Shown: positions 1-8,100 of the stretch, piece by piece | Layout of the letters: each line of letters opens with the position of its first letter | Numbering within the stretch: the stretch's first letter is position 1 | Sequence record: DRR723986_18853 | Length of the DNA stretch: 44,296 bases | Reading direction: 5' to 3' (one strand) | Program-made: the position numbers and the translations under genes | Notes under the pieces: model-generated | Seen by the model: the letters and a program-made list of their open reading frames with translations, nothing else | Databases searched by the model: none | What the model was told of the DNA's origin: nothing

Positions 1-578
1 TAAATACATTACCTCAAAACCATATGGTTTCTGGTTATGCTGAAATGCTTAAACACGGTTTGATTAAAGATAAATTGTATTGGGAGCGATTGACAAATTT
101 AGAGCAAATGGATATTTCTGCTTTAGACCAATTGATTTATGATTCTGTTATTATTAAAAATAATATTGTCGGTGAAGACCCAACCGAACAAGGATTAAGA
201 AAAACATTAAATTTTGGACATACACTAGGTCATGCTATTGAAAGTTATTTTTTAGAGAATGCAGACAAAACACCTCTGTTACATGGTGAGGCAATTGCTG
301 TAGGCATGATCTTAGAAGCCTTTATTTCTTCAAAATTAACAGGTCTTAAAGTTGCAGAGTTAATCACAATTGCTAATGGAATTTCTAACTCGTTTGCTAA
401 GGTAGATTTTAATGAGAACGATCTAAAATTCATAATTGAATTACTTAAATACGATAAAAAGAATAGCCACGGTGTGGTTAAATTTGTTTTACTTGAGTCT
501 ATAGGAAAAGCTAAAATAGATTGTGAAGTTAGTAATGACTTAATTTTGGAAGCCTTTAAGTATTATCAATCTGTTTAA
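1..578 (+). CDS. aroB: 3-dehydroquinate synthase, C-terminal part (gene runs off the window start)
   Basis: Motifs GYAEMLKHG, LNFGHTLGHAIE, LLHGEAIAVGM, DKKN. The frame is open from position 3 (NTLPQNHMVSG), so the ATG at 24 is internal. Confidence 0.95.
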   Translation, partial: NTLPQNHMVSGYAEMLKHGLIKDKLYWERLTNLEQMDISALDQLIYDSVIIKNNIVGEDPTEQGLRKTLNFGHTLGHAIESYFLENADKTPLLHGEAIAVGMILEAFISSKLTGLKVAELITIANGISNSFAKVDFNENDLKFIIELLKYDKKNSHGVVKFVLLESIGKAKIDCEVSNDLILEAFKYYQSV

Positions 579-1090
579 AGATATCTTTCTCTAATTATTT
601 GGTTATGATGATTCTCATGACCTGTAATGATATAACCAATAGCTCTCACTGAAATTTTAGAACCACTCGCCTCGCCTAATAATTTGAGTGTACTTTCACT
701 AAAACTCTCAAATAATGCTATGGTTGCTTTTCTAACAGTTATATATTCAGATATTAAACTGTCCATTGTTCTTTCGTTAGCAACACCTGAAGCTACATAA
801 TTATCTTGATCAAAACCTGCCATTGGTGTTGAATCTTTTCTGGATATACGTAATGCTCTGTAAGCAAAAATGCGTTCTGTATCAATAATGTGTAATAATA
901 TATCCTTTACAGTCCATTTGCCAGCAGCATAAGCGTAGTTATGTTTTTCTGATTCTATATTAGAATAAAATTCAACTACAGAATCTAAATTATCTTTCAA
1001 TCCCAATACTATATTGGAATTTGACGCTATATCTATATAAGATTTATAATAGGGATTATATTCTGCAGTATTTAGTGAATCAGAAATCAT
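575..1090 (-). CDS. DinB/YfiT-family protein
   Basis: YAAGKWTVKDILLHIIDTERIFAYRAL, GFDQD and C-terminal GHENHH metal-site motifs. Confidence 0.85.
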   Translation of the reverse strand: MISDSLNTAEYNPYYKSYIDIASNSNIVLGLKDNLDSVVEFYSNIESEKHNYAYAAGKWTVKDILLHIIDTERIFAYRALRISRKDSTPMAGFDQDNYVASGVANERTMDSLISEYITVRKATIALFESFSESTLKLLGEASGSKISVRAIGYIITGHENHHNQIIRERYL

Positions 1091-1164
1091 AGGCTTTAGT
1101 TTAAAAAGAAAAATCCCTAGTTATAAAATTAACCAAGGACTTATCATATAATATTAAGTGTTAA

Positions 1165-1644
1165 TTATAATTCATTAAAAATAGTGTGCATCAAACGCTT
1201 TTTATCATTAATGCTTTCCTCTAAAGAAATCATTGTTTCTGTTCTATATACACCTTCAATATCATCTAACATAAAAATAATATCTTTTGCATGCATTGTG
1301 TCTTGAGCTCTTATCTTACAGAAAATATTAAATTTCCCTGTAGTTATATGAGCCACCGTTACATATGGTATTTGATTGATACGTTCTAGTACAAATTTTG
1401 TTTGTGATGTATTTTGCAAAAACACACCTACGTATGCAATAAAAGAATAACCAAGTTTTTTGTAATCTAAGGTTAATGAAGAACCTTTAATGATACCTGC
1501 TTCTTCCATTTTCTTCACTCTTACATGCACAGTACCTGCAGAAATCAATAATTTTTTCGCAATATCCGTAAATGGAATACGCGTATTATCAATTAACATA
1601 TCTAGAATTTGGTGGTCAATTTCGTCTAATTTGAATTTTGCCAT
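1165..1644 (-). CDS. Lrp/AsnC family transcriptional regulator
   Basis: LDEIDHQIL...FTDIAKKLLISAGTVHVRVKKMEEAGII HTH plus C-terminal RAM domain. Confidence 0.95.
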   Translation of the reverse strand: MAKFKLDEIDHQILDMLIDNTRIPFTDIAKKLLISAGTVHVRVKKMEEAGIIKGSSLTLDYKKLGYSFIAYVGVFLQNTSQTKFVLERINQIPYVTVAHITTGKFNIFCKIRAQDTMHAKDIIFMLDDIEGVYRTETMISLEESINDKKRLMHTIFNEL

Positions 1645-1709
1645 AATTGAATTTTCTTTAAACTAAATGTAAAATTAAGACATTTTTATTAACAAATACG
1701 CATTAAAAT

Positions 1710-2864
1710 CTAATTATTTAGAGGTTTTAGTGAGATTTTCTCATTATTTATCAGTACGAAATCGTTTTCGTTAGCAACTTTTAGTTCTAAATTTTGAGGG
1801 GATTTTACAGTTTTTCCATCAGCATCAATTTCTAGATGACCGAAGAAGTCATCTAATTTTGAAATTTTAACTATTTCGGGTGAAAATTTAATCTCATTAT
1901 CAACTAATACTTCTTTATATTGAAAAGCAACATCTTTTAACTCTAAAGAATCTTCATCTATTCTAGCGTTTCTTATAATAATATCATGATATTTCTTGTC
2001 ATTTTCAGGAATATCAAAATAGTCTTCATATTTAGAAATAGTATATCCAAGTGCAATAGATTCTAATCCTTTTAAAAGAGCTAAGAACACTAAGCGTCTT
2101 AATTCTTCTCGCCTATAATCATTGGTAAAATGGCCTGCTTCATATAGAAGCGTTGGCACTCCCAAACTTTGAAACATATCACCAACACAATTAATATTAA
2201 AACTATCATCATATCGGGCTATCCCATTAGGAATTTCTTTTTGTAATTCATCGTTTAAGTCTGCAATAATTGACATAGCTACCTTTCTAGTAACTGTCAA
2301 TGAACGCTCTTCATCTTCAGAAGGTGATAAAAACGCTAACGTGGCTGAATTCCTTGTACCACCGACATTATATATAGTACGTTGCCCATGAAGGTTAAAA
2401 CAAAAGTCTGGTTTAAATTCATTAAAAACCTTACGTAAGGCTCTACTCTCAGGTTGTGATAAATCTAATGCATCTCTATTTAAATCAATATTATTAGCGT
2501 TGAGCCTCGTATAGTACTTCGCACCATCAGGGTTTAAGATTGGAATGATAAATAAAGTACATGAACTTAGTATTGTTTCGGCTATTTTAGAATTAGAATT
2601 AAACAAGTTTATACAATCTAAAATAGCTTTTGTAGTTGTAGATTCATTACCGTGCATTTGAGACCACAATAAAACCTTTTTAGATCCTGTACCAACTTTA
2701 AAACCATATATGGATTTATTCTCTACAGATTTTCCAACAATTATTGCGGACACATTGGGATGAAAATTTACGAATTTCTCTAAATCATCATTAGTGATAT
2801 ATCGCCCAAAAACACCCTTTACTTTGTTAGAAATATATAGCTTATTAAGAAGGTCTAATTCCAT
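1710..2864 (-). CDS. M14 family zinc carboxypeptidase
   Basis: HGNE zinc motif, PILNPDG, RLNANNIDLNRD, FNLHGQ. Confidence 0.9.
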   Translation of the reverse strand: MELDLLNKLYISNKVKGVFGRYITNDDLEKFVNFHPNVSAIIVGKSVENKSIYGFKVGTGSKKVLLWSQMHGNESTTTKAILDCINLFNSNSKIAETILSSCTLFIIPILNPDGAKYYTRLNANNIDLNRDALDLSQPESRALRKVFNEFKPDFCFNLHGQRTIYNVGGTRNSATLAFLSPSEDEERSLTVTRKVAMSIIADLNDELQKEIPNGIARYDDSFNINCVGDMFQSLGVPTLLYEAGHFTNDYRREELRRLVFLALLKGLESIALGYTISKYEDYFDIPENDKKYHDIIIRNARIDEDSLELKDVAFQYKEVLVDNEIKFSPEIVKISKLDDFFGHLEIDADGKTVKSPQNLELKVANENDFVLINNEKISLKPLNN

Positions 2865-2880
2865 GCTTCATTTTATTGCA

Positions 2881-3174
2881 TTACAAATGTAATCAATTGT
2901 AATTTTACAATTGTAAACACAAAGTTTTAGGCAAAAAGTTACAATCGTATACTTAGACACCTATATTAATCACTACACTTTACATCCATATTGAAAATAA
3001 TTCAATAGATTTCATTATTAAATCATATTAATTTATTTTTCAGTAGTTTATATATTTTTTATAAAGTTTTAGTTTAATATATATTTTAATTTTTAAAAGT
3101 TATTACGAATAATAATCATACTATTGATTACATTTGTAACGTTATTAAATCAAAATAACAGTTTACAATGATAA
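2881..3174. promoter_or_regulatory. Array of palindromic TTACA-NN-TGTAA putative operator sites in a divergent intergenic region
   Basis: Perfect copies at 2881-2892, 2905-2916 (within TTTACAATTGTAAA) and 3128-3139; degenerate copies at 2891-2902, 2939-2950 and 3163-3174 (overlapping the XRE start codon). Confidence 0.7.
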
Positions 3175-3536
3175 ACTCGAGTGATTTTACTAAACGACTT
3201 CAAAAAGTCATTGATTTTTACGATGAAACAGCATCTAGTTTTGCCGAAAAAATTGGAGTACAACGGTCTAGTATTTCGCACATATTATCTGGCAGAAATA
3301 AACCCAGTTTAGATTTTGTAATGAAGGTTCTTCACTCCTATCCCGAAGTTGAATTATATTGGCTTTTAAATGGTAAGGGGCAATTTCCTAAAACCAATAA
3401 CCTATCAGAGGTGCCCGAATCTAATTTTTCTAAAGAAAAAAATACTCTAACTCCACCGAATGAATTTCAAGATTCAGAAATAGACAAGATTGTGATCTTT
3501 TATAAGAATGGGACTTTTAAGGGTTATAAGCCCTAA
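3168..3536 (+). CDS. XRE/HTH_3 transcriptional regulator
   Basis: SSFAEKIGVQRSSISHILSGRNKPSLDFV HTH, WLLNGKG, C-terminal IVIFYKNGTF. Confidence 0.9.
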   Translation: MINSSDFTKRLQKVIDFYDETASSFAEKIGVQRSSISHILSGRNKPSLDFVMKVLHSYPEVELYWLLNGKGQFPKTNNLSEVPESNFSKEKNTLTPPNEFQDSEIDKIVIFYKNGTFKGYKP

Positions 3537-3577
3537 AAATCACTTTTCTATTCATTATCTTTGTTAAAAGATATTTT

Positions 3578-3964
3578 ATGAAGCGTTTTTTTGTTGTTTT
3601 ATTTGCTCTTTTATTAATGGGATGCTATAATGTTGAACGTAATTGTTCAGATTTTAAAACAGGTACCTTTGAATTTAATTACACAATTGATGGAATTGAA
3701 AAAACAGGCAAATTTACACGCACAGAGTCTTACAATATTGATTATTACGAAGGTAAAATAGATTCGTCTTCAATACGTTGGATAAACGACTGTGAGTTTA
3801 TTTTAAAAAAACTCAATCCTAAGAGTAATTCAGAAAAAAACGCTATACACATGAAAATTCTGACTACCACAGAGAATTCATATACTTTTGAATATAAGCT
3901 CGCCGTAAAAAAGCCAAATAAACCACTTAATGTACAGAAAGGAATAGCAACTAAGATCGATTAA
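3578..3964 (+). CDS. Conserved hypothetical lipoprotein
   Basis: Lipobox LLMGC; CSDFKTGTF and IRWINDCE motifs; TATCTTTG -7 promoter element at 3556-3563. Confidence 0.7.
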   Translation: MKRFFVVLFALLLMGCYNVERNCSDFKTGTFEFNYTIDGIEKTGKFTRTESYNIDYYEGKIDSSSIRWINDCEFILKKLNPKSNSEKNAIHMKILTTTENSYTFEYKLAVKKPNKPLNVQKGIATKID

Positions 3965-3969
3965 TCACT

Positions 3970-4761
3970 ATGCTTGAATTTTTACTTACATCCGATGCTA
4001 TAATGGCATTATTAACACTAACATTTTTAGAAATAATTCTAGGTATAGATAATATAGTATTCATTTCTATCGCAGCTAATAAACTACCTGAACATCAAAG
4101 AAACAAAGCAACAAATATAGGTTTGATATTAGCTATGGTTCAGCGAATTATTCTTTTACTATTTGTTTCTTTCTTAATAGGTTTAAGTGAACCATTCTAT
4201 ACTCTAAACACAGATTGGGTATCAATTGCAGTAAGCTGGCAAGCCATAATATTATTTGCTGGTGGATTATTTCTAATTTATAAGAGTACATCTGAAATAA
4301 GAGAAAAAGTTGAAACTCCAACTCACGACGAAGATGCTGTAAAATCAAAAGCTATAAAATCGCTCTCACAAGCCATTGTACAGATATTAATAATTGATTT
4401 TATATTCTCAGTTGATTCTATTCTAACTGCGGTTGGTATGACAAATGGCTTACATCCAAACATTAACTACACCTTGGTTTTAATGGTTATTGCTGTAGTA
4501 ATTTCGATAGTAGTGATGATTGGATTTGCAAATCCGATTAGAAAATTTATTGATAAAAATCCGAGTATGCAGATTTTAGGTTTAGCATTTTTAATATTAA
4601 TTGGCTTTATGCTAATCACAGAAGCGGCTCACTTATCACATACGGAGTTTTTCGGCAAATCTGTTGGAGCTATTCCAAAAGGCTATCTCTATTTCGCCAT
4701 TGCATTCTCTTTATTTGTTGAGTTCTTAAATTTTAAGTCAAAGAAAAATAGTAAAGCGTAA
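3970..4761 (+). CDS. TerC family membrane protein
   Basis: LEIILGIDNIVFISI and DFIFSVDSILTAVG motifs, multiple TM helices. Confidence 0.92.
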   Translation: MLEFLLTSDAIMALLTLTFLEIILGIDNIVFISIAANKLPEHQRNKATNIGLILAMVQRIILLLFVSFLIGLSEPFYTLNTDWVSIAVSWQAIILFAGGLFLIYKSTSEIREKVETPTHDEDAVKSKAIKSLSQAIVQILIIDFIFSVDSILTAVGMTNGLHPNINYTLVLMVIAVVISIVVMIGFANPIRKFIDKNPSMQILGLAFLILIGFMLITEAAHLSHTEFFGKSVGAIPKGYLYFAIAFSLFVEFLNFKSKKNSKA

Positions 4762-5576
4762 TGTTACGAACCAACTATATTTTGCTCTTAGTTATTCTAT
4801 CAATACTGAGTTTTAGCTGTAAAAAAGATTCTCCGACATTACAAAATCATACGATTTTAGACCCTTCAAAACAATATGATGTTATTATAATGGCAGGACA
4901 ATCTAACATGGTTGGATTGGGGAAATTAGAAGAGCTAGTCAATGACACTATCCCAAATAATGTAGTTTATTTTAACCATGGTACAGACACCGAATTTAAG
5001 GTTTTAGAAAGCACATTTGGACCAGAAGTTAGTCTATCTCAATATTTAAAAAACAGATTTCCTGAACGAAATTTTATTTTAGTTAAATATGCAATTGGTG
5101 GATCTTCAATTAAAGATTGGATATCTCTAAATGAAGAAAATAATATTAAATCGTCACCACTATTCGATAAGTTAATTGATTACACTGAAGAAAACTTAAA
5201 AGGCCAAAAATACCAAGTACGTGCCTTGTTATGGTCACAAGGCGAAACAGAAGCTTTATCCGATGAATTAAGCCTTAACTATGGAAACTATTTTTCCAAA
5301 TTAATTGAGAAATTCAGATTAAATTTTAATGATAACAATTTACCTGTAATTTACACAGAGATATCAGCAAAGGCAGTTAAACCAAGTGCAAAAGAAATTT
5401 TGAACAAGTCTTTGTTTAATATTTCTAAAACTATCCATAAAACCTATTTCACCAGAACCAAGGATTTAAAATTGAAGTCTGATAGCTTGCATTATTCTAA
5501 TTCTGCATTGCTAAAATTAGGTGAGCGATTTGGAACTATATTGGAGAATGTTTTAGTATTAGAACGTGATAATTAG
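4761..5576 (+). CDS. Sialate O-acetylesterase-like (SASA/CE6-type SGNH) lipoprotein
   Basis: Lipobox SFSC; AGQSNM, FGPE, WSQGE and DSLH motifs. Confidence 0.85.
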   Translation: MLRTNYILLLVILSILSFSCKKDSPTLQNHTILDPSKQYDVIIMAGQSNMVGLGKLEELVNDTIPNNVVYFNHGTDTEFKVLESTFGPEVSLSQYLKNRFPERNFILVKYAIGGSSIKDWISLNEENNIKSSPLFDKLIDYTEENLKGQKYQVRALLWSQGETEALSDELSLNYGNYFSKLIEKFRLNFNDNNLPVIYTEISAKAVKPSAKEILNKSLFNISKTIHKTYFTRTKDLKLKSDSLHYSNSALLKLGERFGTILENVLVLERDN

Positions 5577-5684
5577 TCCTCTTAACTAAAATTTTAATGA
5601 TTATTGTGCTTAGAAATATACCAATTCCTATATTTCTCGAATATTTAAGAAATATATTAGCCCAAATCTATAAATAAGTAAGTA

Positions 5685-7133
5685 ATGCTATTTAATTCAA
5701 TAGACTTTGCAATATTCCTACCAGTGGTTTTTATTCTATATTGGTTTTTTTGCCAAAAGAATTTAAAGCTTCAAAACTTACTTATTGTTGTAGCCAGTTA
5801 TGTTTTTTACGGTTGGTGGGACTGGCGATTTCTATCACTTATTATATTCAGCACCATTGTAGATTTTACAATAGGTAGATTACTTTTAAAAGAAGAAAAA
5901 CAGTCTAAAAGAAAAGTTTTTCTTTGGATAAGTATTTTAGTAAACCTCGGATTTTTAGGGTTTTTCAAGTATTACAACTTTTTTCTAGACAATCTTGTAG
6001 AGTCATTCCGCTTATTTGGTGCAGAATTAAACGCAACCTCACTACAGGTTATATTACCTGTTGGTATTAGTTTCTATACCTTTCAAACACTTAGTTACAC
6101 CATTGATGTGTACAGGCGTAAATTAGAACCAACTAACAATTTCGTTGTCTTTGCTGCATTTGTTAGCTTTTTTCCACAATTAGTAGCTGGTCCTATTGAG
6201 AGAGCAACGAATTTATTACCTCAGTTCTACACAAAACGAAATTTCAACTATCATAAAGCAGTTGACGGTTTAAAACAAATCCTTTGGGGAATGTTTAAAA
6301 AAGTGGTCATTGCAGACAATTGTGCGGAATTCGCAAATGAATTTTTTAATAATTCTGACGCTTATGGAGGTAGTGGACTACTACTCGGAGCTTTATTTTT
6401 TACATTTCAAATTTATGGTGACTTTTCTGGTTATTCTGATATAGCTATTGGTACATCTCGATTATTCGGATTTAATTTAATGCAAAATTTTGCATTCCCT
6501 TATTTTTCAAGAGATATTGCTGAATTTTGGAGACGTTGGCACATTTCATTATCTACCTGGTTTAGAGACTATTTGTACATACCTCTAGGAGGAAGTCGCG
6601 GTGGTACAGCGATGAAAGTTAGAAATACATTTATCATTTTTATTGTAAGTGGTTTTTGGCATGGCTCTAACTGGACCTTTATTGTTTGGGGAGCTCTAAA
6701 TGCTATTTACTTTTTACCGCTATTACTGACTAGTCTTAATAGAAATAACATTGGTATTGCTGCAGAAGGCAAACTAATACCTTCACTTAAGACCATCGCT
6801 AGTATTTTAATAACATTTGGATTAACCGTTATAGCTTGGATCTTCTTTAGAGCGGATTCAGTCGCTCATGCAATTAGTTATTTAAAAGGGATTTTTTCGC
6901 AAAGTTTGTTTTCAATACCTGAGTTTGAAAATAGAACGCATGCAATAGAAGTACTAATTTTAATAGGATTCTTATTGTTTATTGAATGGTTAGGCAGAGA
7001 AAATCAATATGGTATTGAAAAATTAGGATTCAGTTGGAATAGAAATCTAAGAATAGGCTTTTATTTAGTTATTGTTTGTTTAATTTTCTTGTTCATTGGT
7101 AAGGAGCAAGAATTTATATATTTCCAGTTTTAG
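5685..7133 (+). CDS. MBOAT family O-acyltransferase (AlgI/PatA/DltB-like)
   Basis: MLFNS start, LPVGISFYTFQ, FFPQLVAGPIER, DFSGYSDIAIG, EFWRRWHISLSTWFRDY, GFWHG, C-terminal FIYFQF. Confidence 0.95.
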   Translation: MLFNSIDFAIFLPVVFILYWFFCQKNLKLQNLLIVVASYVFYGWWDWRFLSLIIFSTIVDFTIGRLLLKEEKQSKRKVFLWISILVNLGFLGFFKYYNFFLDNLVESFRLFGAELNATSLQVILPVGISFYTFQTLSYTIDVYRRKLEPTNNFVVFAAFVSFFPQLVAGPIERATNLLPQFYTKRNFNYHKAVDGLKQILWGMFKKVVIADNCAEFANEFFNNSDAYGGSGLLLGALFFTFQIYGDFSGYSDIAIGTSRLFGFNLMQNFAFPYFSRDIAEFWRRWHISLSTWFRDYLYIPLGGSRGGTAMKVRNTFIIFIVSGFWHGSNWTFIVWGALNAIYFLPLLLTSLNRNNIGIAAEGKLIPSLKTIASILITFGLTVIAWIFFRADSVAHAISYLKGIFSQSLFSIPEFENRTHAIEVLILIGFLLFIEWLGRENQYGIEKLGFSWNRNLRIGFYLVIVCLIFLFIGKEQEFIYFQF

Positions 7134-7134
7134 C

Positions 7135-8100
7135 ATGAAAGAGTTTATTAAAAAAATTATAAGTTTTCATGTCATTGCACTAATCGCAATAGTACTTATT
7201 GTGCTACTAGTGAATTTTGTTGTAAAATCTAAAGCTAGTTTTAAAATTAGTGAAGAAAAGTCAACCTTAATAATTGGGCATTCGCACTCTGCATGTTCAC
7301 TAAATGACTCTATCGTAAAGAATTCAATAAATTTATCAGGTTCGGGAGAGTCCTACTTTTATAATTACCAGAAGGCAAAACAATTACTAGCAGATAACGA
7401 TCATATAAAAACTGTCTTTATTGAGTTTACCAACAATCAGGTAGATAGCGTTATGGATGACTGGATTTGGAGTTATGAAAAAATGTCTTATTTCCTTCCG
7501 TTTTATAGTCCATTTATGGAGCGTGAAGAGTTTGAGTTATTATTTAAAAACAACTCTACAGACTTAATGTCTAGTTACTCTGTGGCAACACGTAAAAATT
7601 TGTTTAGAATAATTAAAAGTGATTATAGTTATATTGACGAGTTAGGCGGATATGACCCTACGAAACTTAGCAAAATTGATGAAATGATAGAAAACAATAG
7701 AGTTGAACCTATTATTTCATCTAGCCATACATTATCGCAGAAAAATATAAACTATTTAAGAAAAATGGTGGATTTATTTAAGGCAAATAAAACAGATGTT
7801 TTCTTAATAAGAAGTCCGCAGCATCCTATTTATCCTGATACAAGTAACGAAAAAGTATTTAAAGGTGTACTGAATGATCAGTTTAATGATGTGCCCTTTT
7901 TAGACTTTGATGTTATGGATTTTCCTAATAGCCATTATTTAGATCCTCAACATTTAAATTATGAAGGCGCTAAAGACTTTTCAATTCTGTTTAACACACT
8001 AATTCAAAATGGATTATTAAAGTCTGTCAACAAGCAACAGATCATTGATAATGCTATCCGTCAGTTTAATACTGAAAACCCTTTAAACCGTTTAAAATAA
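7135..8100 (+). CDS. Membrane-anchored SGNH-like protein (AlgJ/DltD-like MBOAT partner)
   Basis: ATG at 7135 one base after the MBOAT stop; N-terminal TM; IIGHSH (GxS) and DPQHLN (DxxH) motifs. Confidence 0.65.
   Translation: MKEFIKKIISFHVIALIAIVLIVLLVNFVVKSKASFKISEEKSTLIIGHSHSACSLNDSIVKNSINLSGSGESYFYNYQKAKQLLADNDHIKTVFIEFTNNQVDSVMDDWIWSYEKMSYFLPFYSPFMEREEFELLFKNNSTDLMSSYSVATRKNLFRIIKSDYSYIDELGGYDPTKLSKIDEMIENNRVEPIISSSHTLSQKNINYLRKMVDLFKANKTDVFLIRSPQHPIYPDTSNEKVFKGVLNDQFNDVPFLDFDVMDFPNSHYLDPQHLNYEGAKDFSILFNTLIQNGLLKSVNKQQIIDNAIRQFNTENPLNRLK

Noticed and set aside
2865-3167. Very AT-rich intergenic region considered as a replication origin
   Set aside because: No TTATCCACA-type DnaA boxes seen; the repeats are palindromic operator-like sites.
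3578-3964. Topoisomerase-related function suggested by proximity to parEC
   Set aside because: It is a 128-aa lipoprotein with no topoisomerase motifs.
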